NCBI GenBank assembly: GCA_963726175.1
Contig: CAVSBM010000005.1
Coordinates: 17,445-81,444, forward strand
DNA: 64,000 nucleotides
From: an uncultured Chloroflexia bacterium
GTDB taxonomy: Bacteria; Chloroflexota; Dehalococcoidia; GIF9; AB-539-J10
Direction of reading: 5' to 3'
Shown in pieces: positions 20,285 through 29,096 of the stretch. Made by a program: the position numbers and the translations under genes. Numbering within the stretch: position 1 is the stretch's first letter; the number at the start of each line of letters is the position of its first letter. Below the pieces are notes generated by a model. The model was not told the DNA's origin, did no database searches, and saw nothing but the letters and a program-made list of their open reading frames with translations.

Positions 20285-22545
20285 ATGAAAAATAGAAAAA
20301 TCCTCTTACCAGCTCTATTCTCTATCGTTCTCGTCTTCAGCCTGATTCTTCCCGCTTCGATGGCGGAGCTTCAGCAACAGCGCCTGTACCAGATGACTAT
20401 TCTGTTATTGATTCGACATTGGATGTGTCAAGCTCTACCTCTACAATGGCTCTGAATACACCTGCGGGGAACATCACACCCATGGTCGCCGCAGGACTTG
20501 AGCACATCGTGGGGCTCAAGTCGGACGGCACTGTGATGGGTGCGGGATACAACATTGCCGGCCAGTGCAACGTTGGCAACTGGACAGACATCACTCAGGT
20601 CGCCGCGGGCAACAGTCACACGGTGGGGATTAAGCCCGACGGGACCGTGGTCGCCGTGGGCTGGAACGCATTCGGCCAGTGCAATGTCGGCGGCTGGACG
20701 GACATCACTCAAGTCGCCGCAGGCATCGAGTACACAGTGGGGATTAAGTCCGGCGGCACCGCGGTCGCCGTGGGAGTCAACAACTTCGGGCAGTGTAATG
20801 TGGGCAACTGGACGAACATCATCCAGGTCGCCGCCGGCTGGGGCCACACGCTGGGGGTTAAGGCCGACGGCACTGTGATCGCCGTGGGACGGAATGACCT
20901 TGGGCAGTGCAATGTCGGAGGCTGGACAAGCATCATCCAGGTTGCTGCACGCGTGTTTCACACGGTGGGGCTTAAGGCCGACGGCACCGTGGTCGCCGTG
21001 GGCGATAACTACGCAGGCCAGTGCGATGTCGGCAGTTGGAGTGACATTGTCCGGGTCGCCGCAGGAGCTGGGTACACGGTGGGGCTTAAAGCAAATGGCA
21101 CCGTGGTTGCCGTGGGGAACAACAGCTACGGGCAGTGCGATGTCGACAGTTGGAGCGAGATTGTCCAGGTCGCCGCAGGCAAGTCTTATACGGTGGGGCT
21201 TAAAGCCGACGACACTGTAGTCGCCGTGGGAGACTTGCACTCCGAGCAGTGCGATGTCGGTGGGTGGACAGGGATAGTCCAGGTCGCCGCAGGCAAGTCT
21301 TATGCGGTGGGGCTTAGAGCCGATGGCACCGTAGTCGCTGCGGGACCCAACAACACGGCGCAATGCAATGTCGAAGGCTGGTCGGACATCGTCAAGGTCG
21401 CTGCTGCTGACACTCACACGGTGGGGCTTAAAGCCGACGGCACCGTGGTCACCGTGGGCGTTAACTACTGGGGGCAATGCGGTGTTGGCACCTGGACGGA
21501 CATCACCCAAGTCGGCGCAGGTCCCACGAACACGGTGGGGCTTAAGGAGGACGGCACCGTGGTCGCCGTGGGCGTTAACTACGCAGGCCAGTGCGATGTC
21601 GGCGGCTGGAGGGGCATCAACCAGACCGCCGCAGGCGGTGCGTTCACGGTGGGGCTTAAGGACGACGGCACCGTGGTCGCCGTGGGGGACAACAGCTACG
21701 GGCAGTGCAGTGTCGGCAACTGGACGGACATCACCCAAATCGCCGCAGGAGTTGGGCACACGGTGGGGCTTAGGTCCGGCGGCACAGTGGTCGCCATGGG
21801 AGCCAACGCCTATGGGCAGTGCAACGTCGGAGGCTGGACGAATATGATTCAGGTCGCCGCGGGGTTGGCTAACACGGTGGGAGTCAAGGCCGACGGCACT
21901 GTGGTCGCCGTGGGAGGCGAATTTGAGTTTCCCACATGGAATCTGAGAGTTATCGAGTATACCCTCGCTATCTCCAACACCGCTGGAGGCTCGGTAACCA
22001 CCCCTGGAGTAGGGAATTTTACCTATGATGAGGGAACAGTAGTTGACTTGGTGGCGACTCCAGCTAGTGGCCACAGGTTTGTCAACTGGACAGGCGGTGC
22101 GGATACCATCGCAAACGTCAACGCCGCCGCGACCAATATCACCATGAACGGCAACTACTCCATCAAGGCCAATTTTGAACAGGTCCCATCCGGTGGGTGG
22201 TGCTTCATTGCCACCACAGCCTATGGCACGCCCGTGGCCGAGGAAATACAAATTTTGCGCGAATTCAGAGATGAATATCTGCTCACCAACCGACTGGGGC
22301 AAACCCTGGTAGGCCTCTATTACAAGGTCAGCCCACCAATAGCCCAGTTCATGACTGAGCATCCCAGCCTAAAGCCGCTAGTAAGGGCTGGGCTATTGCC
22401 TGTTGTAGCTATGAGCACGGTAGCCGTCAACACCACCTCGACCGAGAAGATGGCCATAGTAGGCTTGATAGCGCTGGTTTCAGTGGTGCTGGCTGTCTGG
22501 GCAACGAGGCGGCAGGGCAGAGGTTCAGAGTGTAGCCGGGGGTAA
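20285..22545 (+). CDS. Secreted/anchored repeat protein: signal peptide, 13 x 38-aa RCC1-like repeats, B-repeat-like module, CFIATxAYG domain, C-terminal TM helix (frameshift near 20365)
   Basis: ATG at 20285 with RBS GGGAGG encodes MKNRKILLPALFSIVLVFSLILPASMA in the frame next to the main ORF (20419-22545). Restoring one G at GCGGAG joins the two frames. Repeat unit: VAAGxxHTVGLKxDGTVVAVGxNxxGQCxVGxWTDIxQ. Confidence 0.8.
20485..21930 (+). repeat. In-frame tandem coding repeats, 114-bp period, 13 copies (last one partial)
   Basis: GTCGCCGC(A/G)GG recurs at 20485, 20599, 20713 ... 21853, spaced exactly 114 bp. Confidence 0.9.
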
Positions 22546-22566
22546 AACTCAACCTCACCCAAACCC

Positions 22567-22583
22567 TCTCCCGTCGAGGGAGA
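22567..22583. terminator. Short hairpin between the convergent repeat-protein gene and nth (weak bidirectional terminator)
   Basis: TCTCCC-GTCGA-GGGAGA followed by TGGTTTTA. Confidence 0.35.
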
Positions 22584-22616
22584 TGGTTTTATACGAAATT
22601 ACCGGGGGACTCTAGA

Positions 22617-23375
22617 TTAGTAAAGCGAGCTGGGGCAAGTGCACCTCAATATGCACCTGTTACAGCGAGGCTGCCGAGCGCGGCATATCCGCCGGCCATG
22701 CTCTATCATATGGACATGGAATTGATATACCTTGGAGGGTGGAACTTGTGCTTGCAGCAATCTAGGTGCCTTCTCTATGGTTACCTTGAGACCAATTAGT
22801 CCCAGTCTTTTGGCTACTCGAAAAATATGGGTATCCACAGGCAGGGACGGCTTCCCCAGGGAAAAAAGCAGCACACAGCTAGCTGTCTTATGTCCGACCC
22901 CAGGCAGACGCATCAAGTAATCTTCAGCTTCAGTCATAGTCTTGGACTTGAGAAAGTCGAGGGTGATGCGACCCTGCTCCTTTTCAATTTGCCCAAGTAC
23001 CTGCTTGATTCTACCGGCCTTGATTTGGAATAATCCCCCGGACTTAATGACCCGGGCGATATGCTCTGCTGGAGCCGAAGCTACAGCTTCCCAGCTATCG
23101 AAGCTAGCTTTAAGAGAGGCAAAAGCTCTTCCCGAATTTGTGTCCGAGGTATTCTGGGACAGTATAGTTCCTATGAGCACGTCAATAGGGTCCCTATCCG
23201 GCTGCCACTTGCGAGGGCCATATTCCTGTTCTAAGAGCTTAGTAACTTCTTCGATAGCCACCGGCTCAAAAATATCATGTCGGCGTCTCTTGATGCAAAG
23301 ATGCCTGCTCCCCGATGACATTTGCGGCAACCTGGGGGAATCAGCTAAGATAAGCGTCTTCGAAATGGGAGACAA
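22617..23375 (-). CDS. nth: Endonuclease III-like HhH-GPD base-excision glycosylase with a 4Fe-4S cluster
   Basis: HhH-GPD core (LMRLPGVGHKTASCVLLF...VDTH) and C-terminal CRARQPRCNRCILRCTC. The true start may be the internal Met at 23321, because 23375 abuts leuC by 2 bp. Confidence 0.8.
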   Translation of the reverse strand: MSPISKTLILADSPRLPQMSSGSRHLCIKRRRHDIFEPVAIEEVTKLLEQEYGPRKWQPDRDPIDVLIGTILSQNTSDTNSGRAFASLKASFDSWEAVASAPAEHIARVIKSGGLFQIKAGRIKQVLGQIEKEQGRITLDFLKSKTMTEAEDYLMRLPGVGHKTASCVLLFSLGKPSLPVDTHIFRVAKRLGLIGLKVTIEKAPRLLQAQVPPSKVYQFHVHMIEHGRRICRARQPRCNRCILRCTCPSSLY

Positions 23376-23377
23376 AT

Positions 23378-24637
23378 ATGACTCTTGTAGAGAAGATATT
23401 AGCCAAAAAAGCTGGGAAGAAAGTTGTGAGGCCGGACCAGATAGTCGAGGTCTCTGTGGACCTGGCTATGATACACGATGCTCTAGGTGCGCATACGATT
23501 GCCAGGTTCAAAGAACTGGGCGTTAGAAAGGTCTGGGACCCTTCAAGAATAATAGTAGTGCTGGACCACTATGTGCCCAACAAAGATATAGATACTGCCA
23601 AGAAGTGTCTCAACATAAAGAAATTTGTCCTCGAACAAGGCATAGAAAACTACTATGAGGTGGGAAAGGGTGGCATAGCCCATCAGGTGCTTGTGGAGAA
23701 GGGGCATGTACTGCCGGGAACTACTCTTGTTGCTGTGGACAGTCATACCACGACGTCGGGTGTAATGGGGGCGTTCGCGACCGGGATTGGTGTCGATGAA
23801 ATGGCTGTGGTCTTCAAAACGGGCAAGCTATGGGAGCGGGTCCCGGGCACTATCAGGATAAATGTTGAGGGCAAGCTGAATCCTCCCATAATGTCGAAGG
23901 ACTTGATGCTTTTGATACTGAAGCGGTTGGGCGTGAGTGGGGCCCTGTTCAAGTCTCTTCAATATACAGGCTCGACCATCAGCCAGATGAGCATTGAGAG
24001 CCGCATGGTCTTAACTAATATGGCAATAGAGTCGGGTGCCACCAATGGCATCATCGAGCCTGACCAGAAGACACTGGATTTCCTGAAATCCAGGACTAAC
24101 CAGCCCTTCGAGGTTATTCGGAGCGACCCGGATGCGGAGTATGCAGAAACACTGGAGTTCCACGCTGATGATATTAAGCAGCCCATAGTGGCTGTGCCGT
24201 CTAAGCCGTCAAATGCTGTCGGAGTTACCGAGGTCGAAGGGACCAAAATTGACCAGGCATTTATCGGCTCGTGCACCAACGGACGTCTGGAAGATCTCAG
24301 GATGGCTGCCAGGATACTCAAAGGGCGGAAGGTAGATAAATTCACCAAGGTTATCGTCATACCGGCCTCACAGGAAGTCCTAAAAGCCGCTCTGGCGGAG
24401 GGGTTAATAGCGACGTTCGTGGAGGCTGGGGCTGTGGTCGGTCCGCCCACCTGTGGTCCGTGTATGGAAGCGCATATGGGCATACTGGGACCGGGCGAGG
24501 TTTGCATAAGTACAGCCAATCGCAACTTTCAGGGGCGGGCGGGAGATGTGACGGCCAAAATATATCTAGCATCGCCAGCGACCGTGGCAGCCTCGGCATT
24601 GAAAGGCAAAATAAGTGACCCGCGGGAGTTTTTCTAA
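23378..24637 (+). CDS. leuC: 3-isopropylmalate dehydratase / homoaconitase large subunit (archaeal-type, 419 aa)
   Basis: Aconitase family: DLAMIHDALG, VDSHTTT, IGSCTNGRLEDL, GPPTCGPCMEAH, NRNFQGR. Confidence 0.9.
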   Translation: MTLVEKILAKKAGKKVVRPDQIVEVSVDLAMIHDALGAHTIARFKELGVRKVWDPSRIIVVLDHYVPNKDIDTAKKCLNIKKFVLEQGIENYYEVGKGGIAHQVLVEKGHVLPGTTLVAVDSHTTTSGVMGAFATGIGVDEMAVVFKTGKLWERVPGTIRINVEGKLNPPIMSKDLMLLILKRLGVSGALFKSLQYTGSTISQMSIESRMVLTNMAIESGATNGIIEPDQKTLDFLKSRTNQPFEVIRSDPDAEYAETLEFHADDIKQPIVAVPSKPSNAVGVTEVEGTKIDQAFIGSCTNGRLEDLRMAARILKGRKVDKFTKVIVIPASQEVLKAALAEGLIATFVEAGAVVGPPTCGPCMEAHMGILGPGEVCISTANRNFQGRAGDVTAKIYLASPATVAASALKGKISDPREFF

Positions 24638-24748
24638 ATGCCCCCAAAAGTCTTGTGGCTTTTCGGATGACCCCGATAAATTTGACTCTGGATTTACGGG
24701 GGTTCCCAAGACAATCGTCAGGTTTTCATGGATAGATTAGGAGGGTAG

Positions 24749-25282
24749 ATGGAACTCAAAGGCCGAGTCTGGAAGTTTGGCAAGGACGTTGACACGGATG
24801 AACTCTTTGCCGGAAGGTTCATGATGGGCGGTGATGAAACGAGCCGGAGCCAATATCAGGAGTTTATCGCGAAAAGCGGACTGAGCGATGTCGGACATCG
24901 TGAGAACGTGCCCAAGGATTTCCTCACCAAGGTTGTGAAAGGTGACATTATAGTTGCCGAGGAGAACTTCGGCATTGGTTCAAGCCGGCAGCAGGCTGCG
25001 GAGACTCTGAAGTTTAAGGGTGTCCAGGCTGTAGTAGCCGACTCAATCCACAGGATATTCTTCAGGAACTTCTGGAACCTGGGCTGCCCGGCTATAGATC
25101 TGCCAGGGATTTCGGCAGAGTTCAAGACCGGGCATGAGATAATGATAAACCTCAGGCAGGGCACTATCAGGAACCTCACTACAGGCAAGGAGTTTCAGTT
25201 TCACCTGATAATCCCGTCATGGTTTATAGATATGGTGGAAGCTGGTGGTTTGATTCCCTACCAAAAGTCCCTGAAAACTTAG
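24749..25282 (+). CDS. leuD: 3-isopropylmalate dehydratase / homoaconitase small subunit
   Basis: 177 aa swivel domain: GRVWKFGKDVDTDEL, NFGIGSSRQQA. Confidence 0.9.
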   Translation: MELKGRVWKFGKDVDTDELFAGRFMMGGDETSRSQYQEFIAKSGLSDVGHRENVPKDFLTKVVKGDIIVAEENFGIGSSRQQAAETLKFKGVQAVVADSIHRIFFRNFWNLGCPAIDLPGISAEFKTGHEIMINLRQGTIRNLTTGKEFQFHLIIPSWFIDMVEAGGLIPYQKSLKT

Positions 25283-25296
25283 ACTCCAGACATTAT

Positions 25297-25364
25297 TGTA
25301 GTGCGACCTTTTAAGGTCGTGCAGTCCTGCGGTTGCACGAGGCTAAAGCCTCGCACTACATTTT
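25297..25364 (+). terminator. Compound palindromic (cloverleaf-like) element followed by TTTT; probable leuD terminator / REP-like element
   Basis: Outer stem TGTAGTGCGA (25297-25306) / TCGCACTACA (25351-25360) encloses three hairpins: CCTT-TT-AAGG, TCGTGCA-N10-TGCACGA and GGC-TAAA-GCC. TTTT follows at 25361-25364. Confidence 0.55.
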
Positions 25365-25449
25365 GGATTGTGGTGACTTCGGTGTCGCGATTTCTGCAAA
25401 TGGCTTTATGCTCTTCCGGGATTTATGATAGTGTATCCCTGAGAACCCG

Positions 25450-26370
25450 ATGCACAAAGTCCTTTGGGACATGGACCCCGGCATCGATGACGCCCTCGCT
25501 TTGATTCTGGCGCTAAAATCGCCTGAAGTCCAAATCCTGGGCATCACTACCGTGGCGGGCAATGCTCCTGTGGAAATGACCAGCGCCAACGCTCGCCGAG
25601 TCTTGGAGTACCTGAATGCAGAGAGCATCCCGGTTGTCATGGGGGCAGCCAACCCCTTGAATCACCCGTTAGAAGATGCCCTGAGCTATCATGGCCTGGA
25701 TGGGCTGGGCAATTGTAATTTGCCTCCTCCCAAGCTGCCGCTGCACCCTGATGAAGCCTGGGATTTCCTTGCCCGGTTGGTTCTGGATGCTCCTGGTGAA
25801 GTTACTCTGATAGCGACGGGACCCTTGACCAACGTGGCTCGTGCTTTTGAGCTTCATCCCGAACTATCTGGACTTTTGGCCAGGCTGGTTCTTATGGGAG
25901 GTGGCTATGGCCTTACGCCCTATGGCAAAGGGAATCGCACTCCTTTTGCCGAGTTCAATATCTGGCAGGACCCTGAGGCTGCACATATAGTATTCAATTC
26001 CGGAGCGAATGTTTTTGCTGTGGGGCTGGATGTAACTATGGACCCCGCGGCTTGCCTTACTAGCCAGCATCTGGGGCAAATCAAGACCAGGCATACACCG
26101 GCTGCACATCTGGTGGCCCAACTGGTAGAATACGAGGTAAAACACCATGGATGCTGTAGAATGCATGACCCGCTAGCTTTGGCAACGCTGTTGGATAGTT
26201 CCCTGCTCGGTTTTATATTGGCAAGAGTAGAAGTCGTTAAGGGAAATGACTGGGATAGAGGAGTCACTCGTATCCTGCCCTGTGATAGCTCTCAGCCGAT
26301 ACACGTAGCTTCTGCCGTGGACGGGCCTCGCTTTCTGAAGCTATTTCTATCACGCATACTGGAGGAGTAA
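25450..26370 (+). CDS. Nucleoside hydrolase (inosine/uridine-preferring family)
   Basis: 306 aa with the N-terminal signature DMDPGIDDALAL. LTNVA and HDPLA motifs. Confidence 0.9.
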   Translation: MHKVLWDMDPGIDDALALILALKSPEVQILGITTVAGNAPVEMTSANARRVLEYLNAESIPVVMGAANPLNHPLEDALSYHGLDGLGNCNLPPPKLPLHPDEAWDFLARLVLDAPGEVTLIATGPLTNVARAFELHPELSGLLARLVLMGGGYGLTPYGKGNRTPFAEFNIWQDPEAAHIVFNSGANVFAVGLDVTMDPAACLTSQHLGQIKTRHTPAAHLVAQLVEYEVKHHGCCRMHDPLALATLLDSSLLGFILARVEVVKGNDWDRGVTRILPCDSSQPIHVASAVDGPRFLKLFLSRILEE

Positions 26371-26371
26371 T

Positions 26372-27356
26372 ATGGTCAGCCTGGTAGTATGTGGCGCCAT
26401 AAACTGGGATGTTAGCTGCTTCGTAGACCGGCTGCCAGTGCCTGGTGAAGAGGTTGTTGCGGAGTATATCACCCGGGTATCTGGAGGGACGGGGGGCAAT
26501 GTTGCTGTGGCGGCAGCCCGGATATCTGGGGGCTAAAGAAGTTGCCCTGATAGGGGCTCTGGGAAGGGATGACATCGCTCGCCAGCAAATTGCTGCCCTC
26601 GAGGATGAGGGAGTCGTCACCACGGGAATCAGCCAAATTGCGGGAGAGGAATCGGGGCAGGCTTATATACTTGTTGACCAAACGGGAGAGAACGTTATTG
26701 CTAGCCATCTTGGGGCGAATGCCAGGCTCGGTCTGAAACACTTGAAAAAAGTAGAGCTTAGACGGCAGCTACGGGAATGTCAGGGCATAGTTCTGACCGA
26801 CCCTCCTTTGGAGGTGGCCCAGGGGCTGGTAAACGTGGCAAAGCGGCATGACATCCCCTTGTTGTGGGACCCGGGAATTCTGATAAGCCCAAATCGGGAA
26901 GCACTGCTCTCTCTTGCTAAAGAAGCCGAAGTCATCTTCTTAAACGAAACAGAGGCGAGTGCTCTGCTGGGAACTTCTGAGTTGAATATGAGCTTGCAGC
27001 GATTGCGGAAGCTAGAATTCGCCAATCACACAGTACTCAAACTTGGCGCTCAGGGAGCTGTCATGCTTGAACCGGGTAGCGGTACAGTGATCGAACTCCC
27101 AGCCTTGCCTCTCAAGGAGCTGGGTCTGAATGTGATTAACACAGTGGGTTGTGGAGATGTCTTCGCTGGGGTCTTTGCCGGCTACTATGTTATGGGAAGT
27201 GGCCTCGAACAATCGCTCATCATGGCCAGCGCTGCCGCTGGTCTTAACGCCACCCGCCCTGAAACCAGAGGCAGTCCTGACCGAGCCAAATTAGAGGAAG
27301 CAGTAAATCGCAGCCGCAACCTGGGATTTGTGCTTCGGAAGCGAAAGCTGTTTTGA
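26372..27356 (+). pseudogene. Ribokinase/PfkB-family sugar kinase, frameshifted in a G run (26528-26532)
   Basis: ATG at 26372 (RBS GGAGGAG) gives MVSLVVCGAINWDV...VSGGTGGNVAVAAARISGG*. The next frame continues as AKEVALIGALGRDD... and ends with the PfkB motif NTVGCGDVFAGVFAG. Confidence 0.8.
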
Positions 27357-27458
27357 AATATCCACTGTCGCTTTGAAGAGCTTCCCATTTTATGCCACCC
27401 CTCGCCAACCCCCATTTAGCTATCTTGCGTAGGTGCGGGACAGTTTTATCTCGCTGCA

Positions 27459-27680
27459 CTACCTCTGCGCAACCTCGACGACTTTGTTCTTGCTCTTGAA
27501 GCCGCTGAGAATCCTGACCTGGCTCTGGGGTACACCGAAATGCTCTGCCAGTAATCTGATGACTGCCTCGTTGGCTTTGCCTTCCTTGGGCGGTTCTTTT
27601 ACCTTGACCATGAAGCTATCACTTTCCTGACTCACTTCCTCGGTTCTGGAATTAGGCTTCACCTTAACTTGGATTTTCAT
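27459..27680 (-). CDS. DUF167 (YggU/UPF0235) family protein
   Basis: 73 aa: KVKPNSRTEEV...PPKEGKANEAVIRLLAEHFGV. Confidence 0.8.
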   Translation of the reverse strand: MKIQVKVKPNSRTEEVSQESDSFMVKVKEPPKEGKANEAVIRLLAEHFGVPQSQVRILSGFKSKNKVVEVAQR

Positions 27681-27724
27681 TTGCTATCTCTCCCCATATT
27701 CCGTGCACATGAAATTCTACCAAT

Positions 27725-28990
27725 CTAGCAGGCGTGATCTCGGTTGCTCAGGGACTCTTTGCTGTGAGCAAATACCCGGATATAGTTGCTGGTCAGCCCT
27801 GAGTATATGCCGCTTCCGGGCTCAGTTTCCTGCTCCCACAGGACTGGCATAGTTTGCCCCAAGAACCGCTCACAGAAGCGCCGTCGAGAGCTTCGGGATA
27901 GCTCCAGCATCCGCTGGTTACGCTCTTGTTTGACTTTGTCTTTATCTGCCTGGGCATACTGGCTGCCGCTGTATCAGGGCGCGGTGAGAAAGGGAAGACA
28001 TGAATGTTGGCGAAACCAGCTTGCTGGCAAAAAGAGTAGCTCTGTTCAAATTCTTCATCGCTTTCACCCGGGAAACCAACCATGATATCTGTGGTTATAG
28101 CCGCATATGGTATCTTCTCTCTAATCAAATTTATTGTTTTCTGATATTGGTCCAGAGAGTAGCTCCTCTTCATCCTTTGCAGCACGGTCCCGCTGCCACT
28201 TTGCAGGGCCAGGTGGAAATGCGGACAAAGCCTTTCGTCCTGCCACAAGGCGAGAAGTTCAGAGGATATTTCCGAAGGCTGTAAGGATGAGAGACGTAAT
28301 CTCTCGATGCCTGTGTTGTCGAGAATACGCTGGACCAAATCCCTCAGGTTAGCGGGGGATCCTTCGCTAACGCTCAGGACAATGCCTTTATAGCTGCCAA
28401 CTTTCGTCCCGGTGAGGACGACTTCCCTGTAGCCGAGGGCGGCCTTTTGCTTAACTTCGTCGATTATCTGAGAAGCGGGCAGAGGAATATTCGCGAGGTC
28501 TCACTTTGGGCACAATGCAATATGTGCAGGGGCCATGACAGCCATCCTGAATCTTTATCAGGCTACGAGTCCTGACGATGTCAGCGATAGGCGAGATTGC
28601 TTCGCTTCGCTCGCAATGACATGATGGGGTCGTCTCAAGGACGGAAGAGGGTGCTGGCAATGATAAGTCCGTCACAATCTTAAGCAGGTGCTCTTTCTCT
28701 TCGTTATCAACTACGATGTTAGCAAGCTGGGCAAGGTCTTGGCGACTTCTCTGGGCATAGCAGCCGGTAGCGATAATCAGGGCGTGGGGATTTCTGCGCC
28801 TGGCCAACCTGAGCCAGTGGCGTGACTTGCGGTCGGCAATATGGGTGACTGTGCAGGTATTGGCAATATAAATATCGGCCACATCATTCGGAGATGCGAT
28901 CTCAAAGCCCGACTGGCCAAACTGGTTTACTAAGGACTCTGTTTCCGCTTGATTGAGCTTGCAACCCAATGTATAGAAGGCTACTCTCAT
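27725..28990 (-). pseudogene. mtaB: tRNA methylthiotransferase MtaB (radical SAM), split by two frameshifts
   Basis: N-terminal MTTase domain (MRVAFYTLGCKLNQAETE), radical-SAM CHGPCTYC, and TRAM-like C terminus (GQTMPVLWEQE...YSGLTSNYIRV) lie in three frames. Switches are near 28485 and 27941 (A run). Confidence 0.85.
28595..28620. repeat. 26-nt dispersed repeat, copy 1 (inside mtaB coding sequence)
   Basis: GATTGCTTCGCTTCGCTCGCAATGAC. Its reverse complement matches 39948-39973 at 25 of 26 positions. Encodes HCERSEAIS in the MtaB inter-domain linker. Confidence 0.85.
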
Positions 28991-29096
28991 TGAGGTGGAT
29001 TATATTTATTGCTTGGCTAGGTGGTCAAATTGTCATCGCTGGAGTTTGCTTAGCTACCATCCCATAGGGTATAGTTAGCGATTCCAGCCAAGGGTA

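Noticed and set aside
20485-21930. Diversity-generating retroelement targeting the variable repeat positions
   Set aside because: No reverse transcriptase gene or template repeat is nearby. The variation is spread over all positions rather than being adenine-specific.
20428-22362. 644-aa ORF antisense to the RCC1-like repeat gene, plus several 100-160-aa ORFs in other frames of the same region
   Set aside because: This is a shadow ORF created by the GC-rich periodic repeats. Its translation is low-complexity (Arg/Pro/His/Gly-rich), it has no RBS, and the sense-strand frame has a clear family signature.
25297-25360. tRNA-like cloverleaf
   Set aside because: The arm lengths are wrong (10-bp outer stem, 2-nt and 4-nt loops). 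There is no T-loop GTTCRA or D-loop consensus and no 7-nt anticodon loop.
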